The notes under the pieces are model-generated. The model was not told the DNA's origin, did not search any database, and saw nothing but the letters and a program-made list of their open reading frames with translations. DNA of 64,000 nt from a bacterium (GTDB taxonomy: Bacteria > Patescibacteriota > Patescibacteriia > Patescibacteriales > UBA12465), in assembly GCA_035400585.1 (NCBI GenBank), contig DAOMZR010000002.1, forward strand, positions 145,121 to 209,120. Direction: 5' to 3'. Below are positions 40,833 to 47,736 of the stretch, piece by piece. Both the position numbers and the translations under genes were made by a program. Within the stretch, counting starts at the first letter, position 1. Each line of letters opens with the position of its first letter.

Positions 40833-41114
40833 GTTTTTTTTGTTTTTATGAGGGGTTTAAAAATTTTTATAAAATAAGTTTATATTTTTTTAAAATTATT
40901 TTTTAGTTTTTCTTTTTTGTTATAATAAAAACATAAAGATAAAAAGCTCTATTTTTATATAATGTGTATTAATGAATTTTTGGTTAGAGCTTTTTGGAAA
41001 ATATTTAAAATAAGCAGATAAATGATTTTGAACAACTGATATAAAAATTTAAATAAATTTACTTTAGTCGTGTGGTGAAATAGCGGCAATTTAAGTGAGC
41101 CAATGGTTTTTTCG

Positions 41115-41171
41115 TTTGCTTTACAATAAGATAAAGTTTACTTGACAATAGTATAATTTTACTTTACAATA
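41115..41171 (+). promoter_or_regulatory. Sigma70-type promoter overlapped by three phased direct repeats
   Basis: TTGACA 41142-41147, 17 bp, TACAAT 41165-41170; repeats TTTRCTTKACAATA at 41115, 41137 and 41158. Confidence 0.7.
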
Positions 41172-41176
41172 TAAAT

Positions 41177-42202
41177 ATGAACAAAAAAAAAGGTAAAATT
41201 AAAGAATTTATCTATAAAAATATATCTCAACACCCCGGAAATATTGTTGCTTTAGTGGCGGAAAATTTTGGTATTTCAAGACAGGGTGCTTATTTGTATG
41301 TTGCTGAAGAAGTGAAAAAGGGCAATATTATAAAAGTTGGACATACAAGATCGGTTCGTTATTTTTTGATTGGTGGCGACAAAATTGAATTTAGTCTCAA
41401 AATAAAATCGGGACTAGAGGAGGATAAGGTTTGGTCAAAATATGTTAAACCAATGATTTTGAAATATGATAACAATGTTCAAAAAATTGTTAATTATGGT
41501 TTTACAGAAATGTATAATAACGCAATTGATCATTCCGGTGGTACCGTTATACATAGTAAGATTCAAATAGTTAATAATAAAATAATAATTATTATAATGG
41601 ACAATGGTGTGGGAATTTTTAAAAAAATTCAAGAAGCTTTATGTTTAGATTCTGTTAGAGAGTCAATTCTCCATTTGTCTAAGGGAAAGTTTACTACTGA
41701 TCCAACCAAACATACGGGTGAAGGTATTTTTTTTACTTCAAGGGTGTTTGATCATTTTTCGATACTTTCCAGTGATATGTATTATGGTTTTGAAAACGAA
41801 GACTGGTGTCTTTCCAATGAAAAAAAAGAGAGTTTTGGTCAAGGCACTTTAATACAAATGATAGTTTCTGTTTATTCAAAAAAAAGCCCGAAAGAAATAA
41901 TGGATAAATATGCCGATCAAGAAATCGGCTTCGGCAAAACAATAGTTGCGGTGGCTTTGAGTTCCGATCCTAACGATCCCCATGTATCAAGATCTCAGGC
42001 TAAGCGCTTGATGATGGGGCTAGATAAATTTAAAACTGTAATATTAGATTTTAAAAATGTAATTTCAGTTGGCCAAGCTTTTGTTGATGAAATATTTCGA
42101 GTCTTTAAAAATGAACATCCCGACATAAACATTCAATATGTTAATGCTAATGATGAGGTTAAAAACATGATAAAAAGAGGTTTATCAGTGATCAAATTAT
42201 AG
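41177..42202 (+). CDS. HTH + GHKL ATPase/kinase + STAS-like (DUF4325) fusion protein
   Basis: VAENFGISRQGAY HTH; EMYNNAIDHS N-box, DNGVGI G1, GEGIF G2, GT; C-terminal LDFKNV..VGQAFVDEIF STAS-like. Confidence 0.8.
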   Translation: MNKKKGKIKEFIYKNISQHPGNIVALVAENFGISRQGAYLYVAEEVKKGNIIKVGHTRSVRYFLIGGDKIEFSLKIKSGLEEDKVWSKYVKPMILKYDNNVQKIVNYGFTEMYNNAIDHSGGTVIHSKIQIVNNKIIIIIMDNGVGIFKKIQEALCLDSVRESILHLSKGKFTTDPTKHTGEGIFFTSRVFDHFSILSSDMYYGFENEDWCLSNEKKESFGQGTLIQMIVSVYSKKSPKEIMDKYADQEIGFGKTIVAVALSSDPNDPHVSRSQAKRLMMGLDKFKTVILDFKNVISVGQAFVDEIFRVFKNEHPDINIQYVNANDEVKNMIKRGLSVIKL

Positions 42203-42224
42203 ATTTTTATTAAAAAACCAAAAT

Positions 42225-42253
42225 AAAAAAACTCACTTTATAGTGAGTTTTTT
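42225..42253. terminator. Bidirectional terminator
   Basis: AAAAAACTCACT-ttat-AGTGAGTTTTTT. Confidence 0.75.
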
Positions 42254-42255
42254 AT

Positions 42256-42388
42256 GTGGGCGCACAAGGACTCGGTCACGGTAGCTAAGCCTCGCTTAAC
42301 TGCTTCGCAGTTTACGCTCGCCAAGCTCCCCGACCCGGCCTCGGCGGTGCACAAGCGCACATCGCCTCCGGCTTTCGAGTCCTTGTGC
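42256..42388 (-). repeat. tRNA-Val-linked structured element with direct and inverted copies of the tRNA 3' end
   Basis: GTGGGCGCACAAGGACTCG at 42256-42274 is identical to 42442-42460; TTCGAGTCCTTGTGC at 42374-42388 is the reverse complement of 42448-42462. Confidence 0.85.
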
Positions 42389-42442
42389 AAACAAACATAA
42401 AACAAAAATCATCCAAATAAATTTGGATGATTTGTTGTGTAG

Positions 42443-42516
42443 TGGGCGCACAAGGACTCGAACCCTGGACCCCTTCGGTGTAAACGAAGTGCTCTAGCCA
42501 ACTGAGCTATGCGCCC
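42443..42516 (-). tRNA. tRNA-Val(TAC)
   Basis: GGGCGCATAGCTCAGTTGGCTAGAGCA CTTCG-TT TAC AC-CGAAG ... GTTCGAGTCCTTGTGCGCCCA. Confidence 0.96.
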
Positions 42517-42530
42517 TAAATTGTGTCTTG

Positions 42531-42615
42531 TGGGCGAGAGAAGATTTGAACTTCCACGGCCACAATGGCCACAAACCCCTCAAGCTTGCGTGTCTACCAA
42601 TTTCACCACTCGCCC
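42531..42615 (-). tRNA. tRNA-Leu(GAG)
   Basis: GGGCGAGTGGTGAAATTGGTAGACACG CAAGC-TT GAG GG-GTTTG, long variable arm, GTTCAAATC. Confidence 0.93.
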
Positions 42616-42631
42616 GCTCTCAGGAAAATTA

Positions 42632-42976
42632 CTAAGAATTTTTTACAACCCTTTCCTTTAATTTTCTTTTAAAATCTGAGTTTTTTAAGAAATAAAGTTT
42701 TGATCTTCTAACCGATGCTTCCTTTTTGATTTCTATTTTGGTGATAGTTGGTAAGTTTAATGGAAATATTTTTTCCACACCCACTCCATCAGAAATTTTT
42801 CTAACAGTTATTGTTCCACCAATTTCATTTCCGTGTTTTTTGGCAATAATAATTCCTTCAAAATATTGAACCCTCTCTTTTTCTTCTCCTTTGGTATTCA
42901 ATTCTTTTATTTTTTGATAAACTCTGATAGTCATTCCAGGTTTTAAATTTTCTATGGTTTCTTTTAAGTCTTTCAT
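42632..42976 (-). CDS. rplS: 50S ribosomal protein L19
   Basis: KERVQYFEG, TVRKIS.GVGVEKIFP, VRRSKLY. Confidence 0.96.
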   Translation of the reverse strand: MKDLKETIENLKPGMTIRVYQKIKELNTKGEEKERVQYFEGIIIAKKHGNEIGGTITVRKISDGVGVEKIFPLNLPTITKIEIKKEASVRRSKLYFLKNSDFKRKLKERVVKNS

Positions 42977-43059
42977 ATATTTAAGTTTTTATAAACCAGA
43001 TAATTAGTTTTAACTAAAAAATAAGGAAAAATATGTTTCCTCCTTCACATAATATGCTT

Positions 43060-43641
43060 TTATTTATTTTTTGTCAATGCCCCTTCTTTTAGTTTATTTT
43101 CAATAAAATTGTAAACCTTTTCAAAAACCTCATTAATACTTAATTTATCGGTGTTAATCACAAAATCATAGTTTTTTAAATCATAAACATCAATTCCAAA
43201 ATATTTTTCGTATCTGATTTTATCACTCTTGTATCTTTCTTGAACGCTTTTAACAACATCTTCTAGGTTGTTTAAATTTTTATCTTCATTTCTGTCATTT
43301 TCTTTCTTGAGGCTTTCAAATATTCTTTCAGCTCCTATTTTTTGGTCAACTTCTATGTATATTTTTAAAGAATGCGGAATAAAATACCAGGACGTGCGCC
43401 CCTCTATTATAAAATTATCAAGCTTTTGTCCCAGTTCTTTTTGGTAGTTATCAACCTCCAGGTCTGTTGATGGGTCGTTTTCTCCGAGTTTGTTATATTC
43501 AGCTAAGGTTAATCCCTTTTTTAGAGCGGCCTCTCTTCTTAAACCCCCCATATAATATCTGGGCCAATTCATTTTTTCTGACAACATTTTGGCAATTGTG
43601 CTTTTGCCGGATCCATGAGAACCGCTAATTGATATTATCAT
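43060..43641 (-). CDS. cmk: Cytidylate kinase (archaeal-type, short)
   Basis: MIISISGSHGSGKST P-loop, IEGR, RYEKYFGID, DFVINT. Confidence 0.8.
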   Translation of the reverse strand: MIISISGSHGSGKSTIAKMLSEKMNWPRYYMGGLRREAALKKGLTLAEYNKLGENDPSTDLEVDNYQKELGQKLDNFIIEGRTSWYFIPHSLKIYIEVDQKIGAERIFESLKKENDRNEDKNLNNLEDVVKSVQERYKSDKIRYEKYFGIDVYDLKNYDFVINTDKLSINEVFEKVYNFIENKLKEGALTKNK

Positions 43642-43713
43642 TTTTTTATAATTATCTTATTATAAAATACAGTTTATATTATTTTTTTAAAAATAACAAA
43701 TTTAACGAACGAA

Positions 43714-43742
43714 TTGACAAAAAAATAACTTTCCAATATAAT
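43714..43742 (+). promoter_or_regulatory. Consensus sigma70 promoter of the rpmH operon
   Basis: TTGACA 43714-43719, 17 bp, TATAAT 43737-43742. Confidence 0.8.
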
Positions 43743-43810
43743 AAAAACTAGGACGAAAAAAATCGTCTCGTTTTGATGTTTTTAAATAAAAATGTAATTT
43801 ATATAATAAT

Positions 43811-43948
43811 ATGCCAAAGAGAACGTATCAACCAAACGCCAAAAGAGCAAAAAAGAAACATGGTTTTTTAAAGAGAATGAGAACAAAGGATGGGCAAGAT
43901 GTAATAAAAAGAAGAAAACAAAAAGGACGAAAAAAATTAACCAAATAG
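43811..43948 (+). CDS. rpmH: 50S ribosomal protein L34 (not in ORF track)
   Basis: [45 protein letters not shown]; upstream of rnpA. Confidence 0.96.
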   Translation: MPKRTYQPNAKRAKKKHGFLKRMRTKDGQDVIKRRKQKGRKKLTK

Positions 43949-43975
43949 TTCTTGCGGTTAAACATAAACAATAAA

Positions 43976-44317
43976 ATGTTTAATCAAAAAAATAGATTGA
44001 GAAAAACTAAAGAAATAGAAAGTGCCTTTAAGATTGGCCGAAGTTTTTATAATAACATTTTAGGGTTTAAGGTAATAAAAAACGACCTGGAAGAGAGTCG
44101 TTTTTGTATAATAATTTCCTCTAAGATTAGCAAAAAAGCTGTTGTTAGAAACAAAATAAAAAGAAGAATTAGATATATTATAAATAGCGACTTGACAAAA
44201 ATTAAAAAAAGTTTTGATGTTATTGTTATTGTAAATAAAAATATTATTGATTTAGATTTTAGTGATTTAAAAAACTCTGTAGTTGATTCTCTAGAGAAGC
44301 TTAATCTTTATGTTTGA
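43976..44317 (+). CDS. rnpA: Ribonuclease P protein component
   Basis: [21 protein letters not shown] (RNR motif); ATG at 43976. Confidence 0.93.
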   Translation: MFNQKNRLRKTKEIESAFKIGRSFYNNILGFKVIKNDLEESRFCIIISSKISKKAVVRNKIKRRIRYIINSDLTKIKKSFDVIVIVNKNIIDLDFSDLKNSVVDSLEKLNLYV

Positions 44318-44576
44318 TTTTTTAAAAAAGTTATATTTTTTTCCAAGAAAGGCAATTGTTTTTTTAATCAGTGTTTATCAAAAAACACTTTCTTTTGATC
44401 ATGGACCATTAAAATATTTATATCCGCATGGTTTTTGTCGTTTTACTCCGACCTGTTCTCAATATGGAATAGAGGCCTTCTCTAAATATGGAGTTATTAA
44501 AGGGGGTATAATGACTTGTTGGAGAATTATAAGGTGCAACCCGTTTAATAAGGGGGGGCATGATCCAGTAAAATAA
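44310..44576 (+). CDS. yidD: Membrane protein insertion efficiency factor
   Basis: [24 protein letters not shown]. Confidence 0.95.
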   Translation: MFDFLKKLYFFPRKAIVFLISVYQKTLSFDHGPLKYLYPHGFCRFTPTCSQYGIEAFSKYGVIKGGIMTCWRIIRCNPFNKGGHDPVK

Positions 44577-44602
44577 TTTATATAATTAATTAAGTAAAAT
44601 AT

Positions 44603-45340
44603 ATGCAAATTTTTCAAACATTTTTTTATCAACCAATATTAAATCTTTTGGTTTTTTTATATAATATTTTTGGTGATTTAGGGGTTGCTATTATATTGCT
44701 TACCATAGTTGTTAAGTTAATATTATTGCCATTATCTAAAAAATCAATAAAATCTCAAAAAGCACTACAGGATTTACAGCCTAAAATTGATGAGTTAAAG
44801 AAAAAACATAAAGGCAACCAGCAAGCCCTTAGTATGGAGCTAATGTCTTTATACAAAGAAAACAAAGTTAATCCATTTTCTTCTTGCTTACCACTATTAA
44901 TACAATTGCCTTTCTTTATAGCTATTTTTAGAGTTTTCCGTGATGGTTTTGCACAAAATCATTTAGATCTTCTATATTCTTTTGTAAAAAACCCGGAAAC
45001 AATAAACGTTATTTCTTTGGGATTCTTTAATTTAGCAGAAAAAAGCGTTGTTTTGGCTGTTTTGGCTGGTTTGGCCCAGTTTTGGCAAGCAAAAATGATG
45101 AGCACTAAAAAACCAATTATTGATAGTTCATCTTCAAAGGATGAAAGCATGACCGCTATTATGAACAAACAGATGCTTTATGTGATGCCAGCAGTTACGG
45201 TTTTTATAGGCATGACCATGCCAGCAGGATTAACTTTTTATTGGTTTTTAACTACACTGCTTACAGCTTTACAACAAAAATTAGTTTTTAAAAGCAAAGA
45301 TATCGAAAACAAAATTCCAGAAGTAAAGGTTATAAAGTAA
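44603..45340 (+). CDS. yidC: Membrane protein insertase YidC/Oxa1 (short form)
   Basis: AIILLTIVVKLILLP, LYKENKVNPFSSCLPLLIQLP, GLTFYW. Confidence 0.95.
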   Translation: MQIFQTFFYQPILNLLVFLYNIFGDLGVAIILLTIVVKLILLPLSKKSIKSQKALQDLQPKIDELKKKHKGNQQALSMELMSLYKENKVNPFSSCLPLLIQLPFFIAIFRVFRDGFAQNHLDLLYSFVKNPETINVISLGFFNLAEKSVVLAVLAGLAQFWQAKMMSTKKPIIDSSSSKDESMTAIMNKQMLYVMPAVTVFIGMTMPAGLTFYWFLTTLLTALQQKLVFKSKDIENKIPEVKVIK

Positions 45341-45369
45341 TAAATAGAATAATAAAATTTTTGGTTTAA

Positions 45370-45417
45370 ATATATAATAAAAAAATGTTCTACGTAGAAC
45401 ATTTTTTTATTATATAT
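45370..45417. promoter_or_regulatory. parS: parS-like palindrome 1 (core TGTTCTACGTAGAACA, 45386-45401) inside a 48-bp perfect palindrome
   Basis: Close to the parS consensus TGTTNCACGTGAAACA; ~6 kb from dnaA/oriC; may also act as terminator between convergent genes. Confidence 0.65.
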
Positions 45418-45474
45418 AATTAGGTTGTTATATTTAAAAATATTTTTTTTGTTTTTTATATGACTTTATATAAA

Positions 45475-45506
45475 TTTAAAATTGTTCTACGTAGAACAAT
45501 TTTAAA
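45475..45506. promoter_or_regulatory. parS: parS-like palindrome 2 (core TGTTCTACGTAGAACA, 45483-45498)
   Basis: Identical 16-bp core inside a 32-bp perfect palindrome. Confidence 0.65.
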
Positions 45507-46224
45507 ATGTCCTGTCCTTACCAACAACAAAAGTAATTTTTTTATCACTTATTGAAATTGTTGCTGGTAAACTTATTTGTACTGAATTATCTAGAAGTAT
45601 ACTGAAATTGTTATTGGTTATTTCTATTGCCTTATTTATTGGTAAAATGGTTTTGTCTTTGTTTTTATTAAATACAAAAAATTCCAATCTATCATCTTGA
45701 GGTGAAGATTTTGTGTTTTTTGAAAATAGATCTTTATCGGCTAGATTTACTATCTTATATATTGTTTCTTTTTGGGAAAAAACAGAATAGGAATTGTCTA
45801 TTTTTATAGAGGTGTCCTTGTTGGTTATTTGACAATTACTTATGAAAAATAAATGATTTATTTTTCCAAGCTTAATGCTTTCGGTTCTTCGGGCCGAAAG
45901 TATAAAGGCAGCATCTTTTTCATTTTCAATTCCCAGGGATTCTGCTATTAAGTTATCTTTTCCAATTGGAACAATAAAAATAGGAATATTTTGGCTAATA
46001 TTAGCTAAAATATTTACAACAAGGTTGGCGGTTCTATCGTTTCCTAGTATTATAATTGTTTTGGCGCCGCTATTTATTTCTTTTTCTATTGATTCCGCTG
46101 GATTTTTAATTGAATTTAAATAAAGAATTTTTCCTTGAAGGCCTAATTTATTTATTTGTTCTTCAAATTTTCTGGTTTTCTTCTTGTATTTTTCTGTTAC
46201 GGCGTCATAAATAAAAACGTTCAT
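45502..46224 (-). CDS. Diacylglycerol-kinase/NAD-kinase-fold protein (degenerate)
   Basis: IIILGNDRT (GGDGT-like), IVPIG..N.IA..LGI, LGKIN. Confidence 0.6.
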   Translation of the reverse strand: MNVFIYDAVTEKYKKKTRKFEEQINKLGLQGKILYLNSIKNPAESIEKEINSGAKTIIILGNDRTANLVVNILANISQNIPIFIVPIGKDNLIAESLGIENEKDAAFILSARRTESIKLGKINHLFFISNCQITNKDTSIKIDNSYSVFSQKETIYKIVNLADKDLFSKNTKSSPQDDRLEFFVFNKNKDKTILPINKAIEITNNNFSILLDNSVQISLPATISISDKKITFVVGKDRTF

Positions 46225-46247
46225 AATTTGTTTTTATTTTTGTAGTA

Positions 46248-46640
46248 TTATTCGTTGTTTGTTTCTAAGCTTTCTTCTCTTCTGTTTTTTTGACCACTTA
46301 TTATTACTCTGCCATTTATTTCAGCCCCTCTTTCAATGGATATTTGAGAACATTCGATGTCGCCCAGTATTTTAGCACTTTCGCCAATGGCTAAGTATTC
46401 TGAAACGGAAAGATTTCCTACAATATTGCCCTTAACCATCATTTCTTGGGCAGAAATATTAGCATTTATTTTTGATTTTTCTCCAACTAAAACGGCCCCT
46501 CTAGTTTTTATTTCTCCTTCCAAAGAGCCATTAATTATTAAATTTCCGTTGCTTTCAAAATTTCCCTTTACTAAAACCGATTCTCCAATTATTGTTTCCG
46601 CCTCGGTAAAATTTTCAAAATTTTGATCTTTTTTAAACAT
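46248..46640 (-). CDS. Bactofilin (polymer-forming cytoskeletal protein)
   Basis: ETIIG....VKGNF...GNL.INGSLEG, I.GDI......IERGA.ING. Confidence 0.88.
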   Translation of the reverse strand: MFKKDQNFENFTEAETIIGESVLVKGNFESNGNLIINGSLEGEIKTRGAVLVGEKSKINANISAQEMMVKGNIVGNLSVSEYLAIGESAKILGDIECSQISIERGAEINGRVIISGQKNRREESLETNNE

Positions 46641-46785
46641 AGATTTAGAATTAATTTATTAAATGAGACCATGATTTATAATATAATTTTAGGCTAATAT
46701 TAGTCTTTTGTCAAAAATTGTGATTGACTTTTACCCCTTCTCTTGTTAAATTATTAAATATTAACAAGTTGTTTGATTTATTTTT

Positions 46786-46857
46786 GTCCCCATAGTTTAA
46801 TGGATAAAACGGGAATCTCCTAAGTTCTAAATCCACGTTCGATTCGTGGTGGGGACA
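46786..46857 (+). tRNA. tRNA-Arg(CCT)
   Basis: GTCCCCATAGTTTAATGGATAAAAC GGAAT-CT CCT AA-GTTCT ... GTTCGATTCGTGGTGGGGACA. Confidence 0.9.
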
Positions 46858-46870
46858 CTTTTTAAAATAT

Positions 46871-47647
46871 ATGGATAATTTAAATTTTGAAAACAAAAGG
46901 GGAGTTGAACAGGAAATCAATTATTTAGGATCAATTAATAATCGAAAATATGTAGAAAATGTAGAAAAAAAGTTAACAGATTTTTTGGCTATAAATTATT
47001 TGATTGAAAACAAAAGTTGTAAAGATCCAAAGTCTTTTTTAGTCTGGCTTAAGAACGAAAAAAAAGAAATGTTTGAACGGTTGACGAGAGAAATTGATTT
47101 AAAACTTAGAGAAATAATGGACAAACGCGTTGTTAAAAATAGACATATTTTTTTAAGAGAAATTAATGAAAACGATCAATTTGAAATAATAGAAAAAAGC
47201 CAAGCAAATGGATTTGATCCTTGTGATCCTAAAACTGATTTTGCCAATGACTTGCATGCCACTATTGTAGAAGAGATGAGCGGCGAATATTCTGACTTAG
47301 AATATTATTCTGCTGGCGGATCTCATCTTGATTATTGTGGTGTTGACGCCTTTTTTAAATTTAAATATTTAAATGACCACGGAGAAGAAGACTTTGTTAG
47401 GGTTTGTCTAGATTTAACTAGTAATACTTTAGAAAACAAGAATATTAATAAAACCGAAAAAATAAAAAATGGTGGGAAGTCTTTGACAGATTTAGTTTTG
47501 TTTATTGAAGATGAAGAATATAATAGAAAAAAACACGAAAAAAAGATAAAAGATTTTTCTAAACAAATAATAGAAATAATCGGAACAAAAATTGATGAAA
47601 AGAAAAAAGAAAAAAAAGTTTCAACTCAAAAAAATTTTTATACCTAA
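46871..47647 (+). CDS. Hypothetical protein (possible PD-(D/E)XK-like motif)
   Basis: 258-aa charged ORF directly after tRNA-Arg; LDYCGVDAFF...VCLDLT. Confidence 0.6.
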   Translation: MDNLNFENKRGVEQEINYLGSINNRKYVENVEKKLTDFLAINYLIENKSCKDPKSFLVWLKNEKKEMFERLTREIDLKLREIMDKRVVKNRHIFLREINENDQFEIIEKSQANGFDPCDPKTDFANDLHATIVEEMSGEYSDLEYYSAGGSHLDYCGVDAFFKFKYLNDHGEEDFVRVCLDLTSNTLENKNINKTEKIKNGGKSLTDLVLFIEDEEYNRKKHEKKIKDFSKQIIEIIGTKIDEKKKEKKVSTQKNFYT

Positions 47648-47669
47648 TTTCTTTTATTAGTATTAAAAT

Positions 47670-47703
47670 AAAAAAAGACAGTTTTATCAACCGTCTTTTT
47701 TTT
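47670..47703. terminator. Bidirectional terminator
   Basis: AAAAAAGAC.GTT...AAC.GTCTTTTTT between convergent genes. Confidence 0.6.
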
Positions 47704-47736
47704 ATTTGATAATTTTTGATTTGTCTTAATAACTCT

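Noticed and set aside
41067-41106. GC-richer patch containing GTGGTGAAAT, like the tRNA-Leu D arm
   Set aside because: Only a 10-nt match with no cloverleaf; compatible with chance.
42256-42388. Second tRNA-Val gene or intron-containing tRNA
   Set aside because: Only the 3' 19 nt are duplicated; there is no D arm, anticodon arm or 5' acceptor strand, and the adjacent tRNA-Val is complete.
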